Shown: one piece after another, positions 12,871-24,965 of the stretch
Numbering within the stretch: the stretch's first letter is position 1
Layout of the letters: each line of letters starts with the position of its first letter
Origin: Camelus ferus
Taxonomy: Eukaryota
Length of the DNA: 64,000 nt
NCBI RefSeq assembly: GCF_009834535.1
Contig: NC_045698.1
Location: 11,534,001-11,598,000 of the forward strand
Reading direction: 5' to 3'
Made by a program: the position numbers and the translations under genes
The notes under the pieces: generated by a model
What the model was told of the DNA's origin: nothing
What the model saw: only the letters and a program-made list of their open reading frames with translations
The model's database searches: none

Positions 12871-14984
12871 AACTTGATTGCACCTCTAGCGATGCGCTCA
12901 GGGTGCAAATGCAAAAGGATCTTGCTGCTTTTCGGGCTTTACCCCACCAAGCTGTCCACAGCTGTCTTCAGGAAGGCCTTGATTATTTCTCTTTCATTTG
13001 CATAGATTCCTGGCTTCTTAATCATGTAATACCACCGCAGCCATCTTCAGATGCCAGGCCTGAACTCAAGCACATCAATTATAATTCAAAAGTGGTCAGT
13101 TTTGATTCAAGAATTGATTTATTTACCTTCTTACTGCAAGTGCATTCTTGATGAAAACCCTAATTTATAAGATACAAACTTACCTCAGTGTAGCCTACTC
13201 CCGGAAAAGGTCCTAAACATACAATGCTTTTGGCTTTCAAGAGGGTCTTCTACAGAGGGAAAGGATTAGACAGAAACCTTCGTGTGAATTGTTTCCATTT
13301 TCTTTCCAATTCTAATGCAATCTAAGTTCTGCATCTCAATATCAAGATGGTACTCTTTAAAAAAATCTTTAAGTTATAATTTTAACATGTTTCTGACTCA
13401 CGAATGGGCTTTGTTGCCTACATGTACGTCTTGGTAAATGGCATTTCTTCTTCCACCGTGTGAGCCATTAGCTTGGCTTAGTGCGGTTTTGAAAGCTTGA
13501 AAGTGAACTTAGTCTGTTGGGATTTAGTTTATGACACTACCAAGTTGTTTTGAATCTGGTAACATATCGCTTTTCTACTCAAAGAAGCTGGCTCTTAAAT
13601 AGGCACAGTAATATTACCGGGAGCCTTGAGGTAGAGAAGGAATACTGGGCACCAAGAACCTTGGTATTTTCAGCCCTGAAAAACTGTACCTCAAGTCCTT
13701 TTCTGTTCCATTGTTTGGCTGTTTTGGCCTCTGTAAAAATGGAAGAGAGCCGTGGCACGGTGGTGTCCGGGAGCCCAGGAGAAAAAGCAGTGGCAGTGAT
13801 TGAGAGGTCTAGGCGACCCTGACAGAGGTCCTAACCACTGCCGACGGCTCTGGCCATGCTCATCTATGAAGACAGAGGTGACCCCCCACCACACCGAGGG
13901 GCTGTGCTCATCCAGCAGCACCGGGTGCTTGAGCTGTTGTGAATGTGGCAGCAGGTGGATGGAGGAGACACAGCCAGATGTGGAAGAGGGGACCAAAACC
14001 AGCTAGGGCTTGCAGAGGAGACGGTGAACAGGCAGTCTGCCCAGTGGATGTCGGATAGAAAGCGGGGCCTGGGCTCTTGGGTTCTGTTCACCTGTCCTTG
14101 AAAGGCCTAGAAGAGCATCTGTGACTCGGGCTGTCCAAGTTAGGCACCGAAAAGGAACTATCCCAGTAGTGGGTATAAGCCAATAGGAGGAAGCCAAGAA
14201 AAGAGAAAATTGGCATTATATCAGAACTCCAACTTTCCCCACTCTGAAACTTTCTTGATTAATTGTTCTCAAACCATTAGTACACAAAGTAATGTAATAA
14301 AATTTTCTTACCAATGATGCTGCAAACAATGTTATGCTGCACCATGGTGACAATCCAGGAGAAATTTTAAGATTTGCACATTCCATCTGCTCTCATTCTA
14401 GCTAAATGGAAGTTAACTATCTTACACAAGTTTCGATCACGGTCAGAGCAGAAAGAAAGTAAACTCTAAAGAGTATAAACAGACACCTCTGAACACTCCC
14501 AAGTAGGTTTAACCTGCACATTTCCAATAATCCCCAGGAGATCCAATCAACCAGGAGCTTTAGTCTCATTCCATGGGGATGCAGAATTTTCTAGCATCAG
14601 TAGCACTGGACTTGGAAGTTGAAATTTAGGAAAAAGTATCCATTAGGAGTCAAATATGAGAATTATTCCATTAGGTTGAGCTGTAACATTGAGAAAGGGA
14701 CTACCTACTCAATTCTACGCTGTTATCTGAGTGTGATTCTGGGGACAAAGATACTTTCCCATCAGACGGCACCAGCTCCTTGCCCTATTAAGTTGTATCC
14801 TACTTTTCCTGAGATGCTTCCTTAACTTTGTACTTCCAGGAGCAGGTCCAGACGCAGACCTTCCCCCTGGAGGGTCCCTGGGTTTCTTGTGGAAAGTCTC
14901 CAGCCCCTTCCCAGATCCCTGCAAATCCAGGGAGAGGTGACCAGTTCCCAGCTCCACATTTCCTGAATAGGATCGGGCCTCCGC

Positions 14985-15110
14985 TGCTGATAAAACTGGG
15001 TGACACGGGCAAGGTCCTTACCTCAGTTTCCTCGTCCTGAGAGTAAGAATAACAGAACCTACCACATGGATTGTTATGAGGATTAATTAAATTAATACAT
15101 GTAAATCAGA
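14985..15110 (+). mobile_element. MIR SINE fragment
   Basis: gggcaagg...cctcagtttcctcgtc...aataacagaacctaccacatggattgttatgaggattaa. Confidence 0.65.
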
Positions 15111-15249
15111 AGATCACTTAAGTGACTCCTCACAGAAAAAGGAGCTCAGGCCCAAAGTTACTTATCACTACCTCAGTAACACCTTGTGGAGATATTAAAT
15201 TTATCTCCAGCCCCACTTCACCCGTCCCCCTTTAAGGACCGGGTTGAGG

Positions 15250-15405
15250 ACTTTAGATCACAATCACCTGGAAGGCTTGTTAAAACAGATTGATGGGCCC
15301 CATCCCTGGACCTTCTGATTTTGATGGGGCCTGAGAATTTGCATCCTTAACGAGTTTTAAGAGATGTTGATATTGCCGTTTGGGGGCCACACACTGAACA
15401 CTGTT
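15250..15405. mobile_element. MER5A-like hAT MITE
   Basis: aatcacctggaaggcttgttaaaacagattgatgggccccatccc...ggggcctgagaatttgcat. Confidence 0.7.
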
Positions 15406-16989
15406 GTTATAGACCATTAACTTTGTGAAATACTCTCTCTGTTAAGCAAATGCCTTTCTTCTAATCGGAACAAGATCAGGTTAAGTTACATTGATCTATT
15501 TATGATTCATTTCAAATCACTTATCAGAATTTATAAGCAAAAGTGTATTTTCTGAGACCGTTTTATAAGTAAGTTTCTTTAAACGGGAAATTCAAGAAAG
15601 AAAATGAGGACACTGATATGAATCTTATATCTATAGGCATCACCCAATCTTGTTCAGCTCTGAGTATTAGTTATGGCTTGTTTTATGTCCATTGTTTTTA
15701 TTTACAAAACCAAAGGGGAAACCTGGGGTTCACTCTGTGCTGGGACTTACGAGGCCGCAGAGCAGTTGGTACAAGCAAGAGCCTGGAGACCTTTGCTTCA
15801 CTTTTTGCAAAGCACAAGGTCTTCTGGGATCCCAGGGAGAAAGAAAACCTCATCTTCTTGATGGAAAATGAAAACCTCCGTAGCATTTACGAGCCTTGGA
15901 GAGGAAGTGGCTGTTCATTTCATGACACAGAGAAGTACATGGGGCAAAGACCCAAAACTCTGAGCCTGCCTTCCATCATGTGACACACGGAGAAGGGACA
16001 CAGACATGCCAGAGATAGTCGATATTGGATACAGATGTCCCCCCCCCACCCCCGCCAAAAGCGGCTTTATTCTATCGAACTGCCAGGCAGCACCAGCTGT
16101 TTATAAAATCATGAGAAGAGAGAGGTGAGGAGGGTTACGTGTTCAGACACAGAGTTTCAGTGATTTTACAAACCTCATTATTTCTGAAGAAAAGCAAGAT
16201 GAAAACTGCCTGCTTATAAAACCGGACCCGCCAATTAGGCCAACCATTCCCTGCTCCCTTGAACACCATTCCTGCAAAATACATGCACTAAATAGAGAAA
16301 TGAAGCAATTATCAGAGGATCCAACAAAAAGCCCTCTTTGATCCAATCAAGGGCCTGTCTTAGTCGGCAGGCTTACGTAAATGGAATTGAATCTCATCCT
16401 CTTATCACACAGGATGGATTCAGCCCTCATGTTTCAAAATGACATCTGGCTAACAGTTCTTGAAGAAACCTCTCCTGGCTTCCTCTAACATTTTGCTTCA
16501 CTTTCTGGTTTTTCTGGCTGAAGATCCATCCATCATCCGTCCATCCACCTATCAATAAAGTAATAATGGCACATATAGTTCTCAAATGAAGAACTGATGG
16601 GCAACTCTTTCCAGAATTTGAGGGGATTTCCAATGACTATAAAATTGGTGGAAATATGTATATTTTCTTTGCTTCTGGCTCAGAAAGGTAAGGATGGTAC
16701 CAATCAGAGGATCGGATAAAAGTGTCTCATCTGCCTGGAAAAGCCAATTGGGGCACTACATGTGATTTTCAAAGTATGGTAGTACTTTTATGCTTAAATT
16801 CATTGGAGAATGAAATGCCCAGGGAACTTCAAGCAAGAAGAATGAGGCTTGGAGGAGAATATTCGGGGAGGGGAGGGGACCCAGGTGAAGTGCCCTGGAT
16901 GTAGCCATAGAAACAGCCCCGGCAGCAGGGTCTGCTGAGGAGGTGAGGCTCCTCCTATGATCTGTCTCTTTAAAATATCAGAGATAATT

Positions 16990-17250
16990 TAGGAGTTTGG
17001 GATTAACATATACACATTACTGTTTATAAAACAGATGAAAAAAACAAGGTCCTACTGTAGAGCACAGGGAACTATATTCAATATCTTGTAATAGCCTATA
17101 ATGGGAAAGAATATGAAAAAGAATATATATCTATATCTTTATAACTGAATCACTGTGCTGTACACCTGAAACTAATACTATATTGTAAATCAACTATACT
17201 TCAATAAAAAAATTTAAAAATAAGTAAAGAGAAAATTAAAGAAAAAAACA
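16990..17250 (+). mobile_element. short cetartiodactyl L1 3' tail
   Basis: ggagtttgggattaacatatacac...aaggtcctactgtagagcacagggaactatattcaatatcttgt...tgtaaatcaactatacttcaataaaa followed by an A-rich tail. Confidence 0.85.
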
Positions 17251-17778
17251 ACAGAGAGTCAGGGAGAAAGATTGGGAAGATTAGTATAAACAGACAGTAC
17301 ATTGGTCCACCAGCCACAGTCATACCTTTAAAGCTTCACAGTGGCAGCTCTGGTGTCCAGAAATCTTCCAACTACCCCTCTGTTCACCTGAATGACTACA
17401 CACCTTTCCTGTCAGCCTGGAGCTGCTTTTCCCACAGACACCTCCTAAAGCCCAAGACAACGGAAGGTGAGCTACGGCATCTTTCTTAGCTCACCATCAT
17501 GTCAATCGTAGTTATTGCAGTTTTCAGGCTTCCCAGGTGTCTGAGAGCTCCATGAAGGCAGGAGCCAAGCTCCCCTTTCCAGTACCTGCTGTAATCGCTG
17601 GTCCAGAGCAGCACAAAAGAAGCTGCTGTGAGAAATAATGACGGAACGAGAGTTTAGGTACGAACTGCCGGCACCCTCCAGACTAATCTCAAGATGTAGC
17701 TACATCAGGGCCTTCACAGCAGTCAGAGTTGCCACAAAAATCAGGTATCTGCATTCAAATTAGGATAATTTGAGAATA

Positions 17779-17831
17779 TATATCAGTCAGGGTTCTCCAG
17801 AGTAAAAGAACAAATTGGAGAGATAGGTAGG

Positions 17832-17883
<52 letters not shown>

Positions 17884-18222
17884 CTATTGAAAGAGAGAGA
17901 CTTTTTTTTAAGAAACTGGCTGAACAAGATTGTGGGGACCCTTGCAAGTCTGAAATCTGTAGGGAAGCCCAGTAGACTGCTATCTATGTTATAGTCCTGA
18001 AACAGAATTTCTTTTTCTCTGGGAATTCTCAATTTTTGTTCTTAAGTCCTTCAGCTGATTAGACAAGGCCCACTCATATGTGGAGGAGAATCTGAATATA
18101 AAAGTCAACTGATCGTAAGTGTTAATCACATCTACAAAATGCCTTCACAACAACATTTAAACTAGTCTGAGCAATCAGCTAGGCACCACAACCTCACCAA
18201 GTTGACACATGAAATCAATGTG
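17779..18222 (-). mobile_element. ERVL MLT2-type solo LTR containing a (GATA)n array
   Basis: tatatcagtcagggttctccagag...ccttcagctgattagacaaggcccactc...caagttgacacatgaaat. Confidence 0.8.
17820..17878 (+). repeat. (GATA)n tetranucleotide microsatellite
   Basis: Directly visible tandem gata/ggta units. Confidence 0.95.
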
Positions 18223-18699
18223 CAATTGATACAGTTCAGAAAGAACTATTTATGAAAGTAAGAGAAATCATTATTGATCATAGAGTACCTTAGGGTTAAA
18301 AACAAGAGGGCTGTCATTACCTACAGGCTCAAAAAGGCAAGGGAGGGGGACGGGGAGCATTTACCAGAATCTGGAGAGAGAGAGAGCTGTGTGACGTGGA
18401 TGCCTTAGGAGGATCTGTGACCTTAAGTCAAGGGACCAACAACCTCAGGAAGGAGCCAGAGGAATAAACACCATAACCTCACTCTCCTCCCTCCCTCCAT
18501 TCTCCTGCCGGAGAATCCTATTGGCTGAACCCATCTGAAAACCACAGGCCAAGGGCGCCCTGTGGACCTCACAACAGCCCATGGGGCAACAAGAATATCA
18601 GCACGACCTTGACCAGCCACCACAGTGACTGGAGCCAGAATGTAATCTCTAACCATTGTGTAAATCAACAATGGGTCTGATCATATCTCAGATCGCCAG

Positions 18700-19450
18700 A
18701 GGATGTGTGAACATTCAATACAACAAACTTTGATAAAGGGAACATCATGCCCAAAACTTAAAGGGAACAAAAAAAATGCTTTTGAAAAGTATTTACTATA
18801 GGAGCTGTAAGAAAAGTTTGGAAATCTGGCATCAATTAATGGCAGTAAGAAAACCTGAGTTTTATGATAAAGAAGAAAAGGACAAAGGGGAGAGAAGGCC
18901 AGGAGAAAGGGCGGAACATTGACATGAACAGCAGATAAATGGGACAGGGAATTCCTATGAGGGAGGCAACAATATCATCACAGAGTTAAATTTTCTACTG
19001 GAGGTAGTGAAATAAAGAACTGATGATATAAAAAGTCAAAGAAGTGACATGGAAGAGACCCTGGAAAAACTCTACTAAAGCTATAATTAAAGGCATATTT
19101 GAGAAAAGAGCTTTCATGTTCGTAGACTTTGTTGAGTTTGAGTTTTAAAATGTGAGGATACCAATTTAAAAGGCATACTGTGTTCCAGGAAAAATCAATA
19201 ATAAAAGACACCTACATCCTGACAGAAGTTTTGAATTTCCAAAGTAAAGAAAAAAATTTAATTAAGCCTCTGGAATAGGTTGACTAGAAGCTGTCTGTGG
19301 TAATTAATCTTCTCCTTTGCAACTTTAAGTACCAGGAGACAATTGAGTCACATGTACAGAGGGAAATGTGTAGCCTGTGCATTTTAGCCTGTCAGGTTGC
19401 TTAAGAGAATGACTTAAACGTTCAGTTGCTCAGAAAATTACCTTGGCATT
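18700..19450 (+). mobile_element. ancient L1 ORF1/HAL1-like remnant
   Basis: A-rich, degenerate ORF1-like motifs (aggaattcctatgaggg; tttgagttttaaaatgtgaggatacc; ttttgaatttccaaagtaaagaaaaaatt). Confidence 0.4.
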
Positions 19451-19526
19451 TTGAACGGTTTCAGTTGGATGAGAGATGAATCAACATATAGTTCTAACAT
19501 ATATAACTCACACAGTGCAATTTATG

Positions 19527-19595
19527 ATAACATAACATAACATAACATAACATAACATAACATAACATAACATAACATAACATAACATAACATAA
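19527..19595 (+). repeat. (CATAA)n pentanucleotide microsatellite
   Basis: About 13 perfect cataa units directly abutting the LTR at 19596. Confidence 0.95.
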
Positions 19596-20098
19596 CGTGA
19601 ATGAAAAATATTGCCAGCTGTATCAGTAAGCAAAGGATGCTGTGGCCATCAAATCATCAGATGCCTCCGCCACCCCGGCAGTGAGCGGAGGGAACGCAGG
19701 ATGCCTACGAACAGACAGCCCAGCCTCTGCAGCCACCCCCAACGATGCCTGCTGGGGGAACTCAAAATGTGGAAAGAACAGGACACTGGCCCAAGACAGC
19801 CAGGTGCACATCAAAGGAATGATTTCAATGAGCCCAGACCTGTGCGCCTTCCCATCCAAAGGAAAGTGCTAAATCCTTTAACTTGAGGTTCCTGGTTTTC
19901 TTTAAATAGCAGTAATTTTTTGATGTTTCGACTACCCGGTCTTTGTTGTAAAAACTCACATATCCTGGCTTCTATCTTGCCACTTTGGAAGAGCCTCTTA
20001 GATCTGAGAGGCTGTGTCCTGGGCTTGAGTTCTCAGGAAATCTGTCGAATAAAACATAACTCTCAACTTTTAGGTTGTGCATTTTATTTCAGTCAACA
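19596..20098 (+). mobile_element. ERV1-class solo LTR, copy 2
   Basis: cgtgaatgaaaaatattgcc...aataaaacataactctcaacttttaggttgtgcattttatttcagtcaaca; homologous to 3245-3703 and 21870-22330. Confidence 0.85.
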
Positions 20099-20764
20099 AT
20101 ACCATAACAGAACAGAACAGAAAACATAACATAACCATAATGTTTTCTGCAAAGTAATCCAAACCATGTCGGTCTGACCCATCTTTTTACCTCAATCTTC
20201 ACAGGCAACTAAGAGTGGCATAAAAGATTTGTCAAGGTTTCCCTCAGCATTGATCCCAGATCTAGAACTGAGAAAGTTTATATGTTATCAGACCATTCTG
20301 CACCTTGGGGGTGAAACTTGACCCTGGAATGCTTCCCTCCAGTTTAACTCATTTAGTAACAATGTGTTTCTATAATCACCCACAGCCATGATTGATGACA
20401 CTTAAAATAAAAAGCTTTTATTTTGTATCTACCTTTGCCAACCATGGCTAAACTCCTAAGTACTTGGAACACCAAATTAGAAGAAGTACTAAAAGTTTTA
20501 TTTGTTTTCTTTACAAAAAAAAAAAATAAAGTTTTTTTATTCATAAAACTAAAGATGCATAGACAATAGGATTCCTGATTGCATTGCAAGTTACTTGAAG
20601 AATGATCTTTGACCTCTTCAAAATTCATGTTGAAGACAGCAGTGATTGGAGATTTTTAATTCGGAGAACCTAATAAATCCACTCAGAGATTGATATTACC
20701 TGTTACTGAATAATTCTTTACAAATTTCTCCTATAAGTCCTATAGATGTCTCCTTGTTGGTGTC

Positions 20765-21130
20765 TAAAATCGTGTGTACAGTATGATTTCAACTATGTTT
20801 CTATAAAAGCATAGGAAAAGGCTATAAGAAAATATACTCAATGTCAACTAACAGCTGTATACTTTCAGTATTTCAAGTAAGCTTTCTGCAAGCATTTCTA
20901 ATTTTTCTATAACGAACAAGTATAATTTTTGAGTCTGAAAAAATAAACTAAAAAAATTCAGCACATACAATATGTTATATAGTTTAACACAACCACATAA
21001 AAATTCACAGCAAAAGAGGGAAAGAAGATAAATCAAAATGTTAACAGTATTTATCTCTAAGATGTAGAAATATAGGACATTTATTTCTTCATTTTTGTAA
21101 TATTTTAGACATTTTGGAAATAATCATGTT
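20765..21130 (+). mobile_element. L1ME-like 3' end fragments
   Basis: gtgtacagtatgatttcaactatg...; aaaatgttaacagtatttatctct motifs typical of old L1ME 3' ends. Confidence 0.45.
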
Positions 21131-21269
21131 TTAGATCCATAGGGATTAAATTAAAGAAACAGAGAAATACTTTAACAATGATTTATCTTTCTTGGGGGAA
21201 TAACTGTAGGAAAGAGTTTCGCTGAAGAGTTTTATAGCCAAGTAATAATACAAATCATTCTCATAATAA

Positions 21270-21495
21270 CAAAAAGAAGTAATATTTATATGAAGGTTAT
21301 TATGTCCCAAGCAGTATCTAAGCATTTACATTCTTTGTCTTATTTTATCTCTAAAACAATCTTATGAGATGTATTATGTTATTATGATAACCATTTTACA
21401 GATGAGAACACCAAGAATAAAAGGGTGTAACAGGGGATAAGTAACTTGTCCAACAACTAGCAAAGAGTGAGGTCTATGTTTAGACCAAAATCTCC
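21270..21495 (-). mobile_element. MIR SINE
   Basis: ccattttacagatgagaacacc...taagtaacttgtccaa. Confidence 0.65.
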
Positions 21496-21869
21496 GGCCT
21501 AAAATAAAATAAAGTTGGAAATGGAATACAGGAAAAAGGCTCCCTCCCACCCAGATCAGGATCTATTTACTTGCACAAGATTAGCTTCTGGAAGAAAGGA
21601 CCTCTTCAGCGTAGACACACCCCCAGCTATTACAGCTAATCTTTACACTTTCATATGGCTTTAGGACTCCCCATGTAAATGACTACAGATTTGGCAGCCC
21701 TAGTGGATCCCTTCTCTATCAATGTTTGTGTAGTGTTCACCTGGAAGAGAAGGGAGGGGAGGGAGGGGATCGATGGGGAGGAAAGGGAAGAGAAGAAAGG
21801 AAGACGGGAAAGGGGGGTGGGGAGGGGCATTCTGGCTAGCACAGCAGGCAGCAGCCTTGACCTCCAGAT

Positions 21870-22330
21870 CATGAATTAAAAATGTTGCCTGCCACGTCGG
21901 TAAACAGAGGATGCTGTTGCAGCCATCAAGCCACTACGGCCGCCCCCACCCCACCTCCCCCACCACCCGCCACAGTGTACCCTGAGGGGACTCAGGATGG
22001 GAGAACACTGGATACTGGCCCTAGATAGCTAGGTGCATATCAAAGAAATGATTTCAATGAGCCCAGACTCTTGCATCTTCCCATACAGAGAGAAGCACTA
22101 AATTCATTACCGTACTTATTTTCTATAATTAACAATAATCTTTTGATGTTCCAAGTACCTGGTCTTTGTTGCAAAAATCCTTACATATCCTGGCTCCTCC
22201 CTTACCTCTTCTGAGCGTGTTCCCTCAGAGCTATTCTGAGAGGCTGCTTCCCAGATTTGAAGTCCTCAGGATGTCCTCTAAATAAAACGTAATTCTCAAC
22301 TTTCACACTGTGCGTTATTTTCAGTCAACT
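21870..22330 (+). mobile_element. ERV1-class solo LTR, copy 3
   Basis: catgaattaaaaatgttgcctgcc...aataaaacgtaattctcaactttc...ttttcagtcaac; colinear with copies 1 and 2. Confidence 0.85.
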
Positions 22331-22399
22331 TGGTGGAGGTCAATCATCCTATGATGAATTAGCTCCGCTCTGTCGGCCCCTTCTTCTCAGCCCTTCTCA

Positions 22400-22510
22400 T
22401 CCTTGAGTCCTGGTTTGTCTAGCACAGTCCCAGGTTATGCCTGTTTTTCTGGTATATTTATTAATAGCTCCCCTTTCACTCTCAAACAGATCTGCTTTGG
22501 ACAATTGTGT
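22400..22510. mobile_element. MER94-like hAT-Blackjack fragment
   Basis: cagtcccaggttatgcctg...attaatagctcccctttcactctcaaa...tttggacaa. Confidence 0.5.
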
Positions 22511-23926
22511 GATAAGCCTGTTTCAGTTTGATTGTATCCTCACTGCTAAGAATGCCTGGCACATCTGGAGAGCTTTCCACATATGTGTTGAATGAATGAG
22601 TGAGTGGATAAATACCCCACTACCACCTGATAACCCAAGTTCTCGTTTCTCATATTTTCCCAGTGCTAGGCAAGAGCTTCCCCTCGGGAGGTTCTGTGGG
22701 ACGAGTACTCATGATGGTGAACGGAAGTGAGCCGTCTAGTCCCCTTGTCACTTCTTGTGTCAGTCCGGGCTCATCCAGGGAGCTAGAAACACTCTAAGTT
22801 ATGAAACTGTAGGAACTTGATCTTAGACAATCATGGGAGAAGCTGGGAAGTGAAGCCAAGTGTGTTTAGCCCCCAGTGTGGGTCTGCAAAGGGGAAGCTC
22901 GCAGCAAGGCTTCGGGAGTCAGGACAAGCTCCAGAGCATAGTGGCTGACTCTCCCCGCTGCCCTCCAAAGCTGCCATCAATTACCTTTGGCCAAGTGCGT
23001 CTCAAGACCATGCAGGGAGTGGAAATCTGGGAAAGTGGGGTTTTTTGCCTTACCAAGCTGGCTTAGCACAAACAGCTTGCTTTTCCTCTGTCCATGAATG
23101 TCCACCTTTCTTTTCATCCGCAGCATTCCCAGTCTCGGCCAGTATCCTACAGACTTTTCAAGTGATCCTGCATTCTGGTCCTGGGAGGAATGCCTCCGGT
23201 GGCTTACCCCAATTCTGACCTTTTCTCTAAAAATCTGAAGGAATATTTCTTTGTGTCCTCTGCGTACTCATTACTGTTATTGCCTTACCTTCCAAGGCTT
23301 AATTGAGAAAAGCACTGAATCTTAGGAGAGCAAAACTTTTCCCTGAAGAAAACAAAACCATTCCGCTTATGGTGGGGCTGATATTAATCCTAGACTGTGG
23401 CTTCTATTTGTTTCTGTGAGCTTCCCAGGGGGACACAGTCACCTGGATAATGTTGCCTTTCTCAACAGGAAGGAAAAAGAATTCCTGATTATTAAAATCA
23501 GCTTCTAAGTGAACTCAAGGCACCTAGCCACTTTCTTCGTAGGGATGGTCACAGTTCTGGTTGAAGCTGCCATGCCTCAGAGAACCAGATCATGAAGAAC
23601 AGCCACAGTCCTCCCTTCACTGGCCTGCCAGATATCAAGCTGGGACTGGCGGGAGAGACGCAGTGCTAGTGGGCAGGCTCGGGAGTGGGAGCCGGCTAGG
23701 ACAACTCTCATGGGCAGGTTTATTATTAGGAATGTGTGGCCATGAATTCATCCTCGGAGTCACAGAGGAAAGAAAACTGCAAAGATCAATTAAGAAAGAG
23801 TGAGACGCCAAAAATGTGGGTATAATTTGGGATTCAGATGAGGGGTGGGAGCTATAACCTAGTCTTGACTTATTTTGTGCTAACACTGTCCTTCATCCCT
23901 AAGACCCCTCATTGTGATCGTGGCCC

Positions 23927-23953
23927 CTCTCTGTCTGTCTGTCTCTCTCTCTC

Positions 23954-24003
<50 letters not shown>
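23927..24003 (+). repeat. compound (CT)n/(CA)n microsatellite
   Basis: Directly visible; about 24 CA units. Confidence 0.95.
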
Positions 24004-24754
24004 ATCATTTGCATGCTTGTGCAAAGTCTGAGAATAGTATAAGGTATTCAATAAACACCGACCATGCCAGGAATTAGCCAGTCTACATGCTGGCAATCTA
24101 CCAAAGCCAGCTGAGAGTCCTCTGCCTCTAGAAGGCCCCTGATGACACTGGGACTTACTATATTCTGTCTGCGTGTACCACTGGATGCCAGTAGTTTGAC
24201 TGTGTTAACTAAGATTCACACTTGGTTAGCCCAAATTTGTGGTGACTTTAATTCCAAATGTAGAGATTCAGTGTAGGAGAGACAGACTGAGACAAGGTCA
24301 AGAACATGACACTTGGTGCATTTTCTATAAATCTCTGTCCTCCGTCTGACTGGAATCCCTTATCTGCTTTTCCCTATGAGATCCAGCCTTTGCTGTTATA
24401 CATCTTGATAAGCTCTCTCCTCTATTCAGACATAAAACCCTTTTAGCTCAGAATTATCTTTTATTTATCATAGGTATAGTTAAGTATGCCTAAATAAGTC
24501 AAACAATAGGATTTAGGGCCTTCTTTGACATTATTTGCCAAAATTTAATTTCATTACTGTCCTAGCCATTTGCTATGTTTTACCTACTAGTTTATGATTT
24601 TCTTATATTTAGTACCAATTTTCAATAGTGGACCACTGAGATTGATAGTCTTTCCTATTAATTTGCAAGAGAGTACCACTGATGTCAATACATATTACCT
24701 GATTATGGGGTAAAGTCATCAAGTTGCCAGTAAGGGTTTAGATGCACCATATTT

Positions 24755-24965
24755 GATGGAGGATAAAATATTGCCACTGAGTCAGACAGACATGGGTTCA
24801 GAACTTCACTCTGCCATTTTCTAAGAGTGCAACTCTGGACATGTCCTCCTTTGCACAGTGTGGATGACAATGCCCATCTCTTGGAGTGACTGTGGAGAAA
24901 AAAAAAACAAGATATCTATTAAAAACTTATCATACACACATTTCATGTTCAATACATGGTAGCTT
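24755..24965 (+). mobile_element. MIR SINE
   Basis: gagtcagacagacatgggttcagaacttcactctgccatt. Confidence 0.6.

Noticed and set aside
13730..14110. GC-richer stretch with overlapping ORFs as a processed pseudogene
   Set aside because: No recognisable protein in the frames examined, and no poly(A) or TSD.
19527..19595. Tandem repeats as a CRISPR-like array
   Set aside because: A simple pentanucleotide microsatellite without spacers, in a eukaryotic context.
19596..22330. Two same-orientation LTRs 1.8 kb apart as the ends of one provirus
   Set aside because: There is no primer-binding site or gag/pol/env remnant between them, and the interval holds older L1ME/MIR fragments. The LTRs also differ in structure and sequence.
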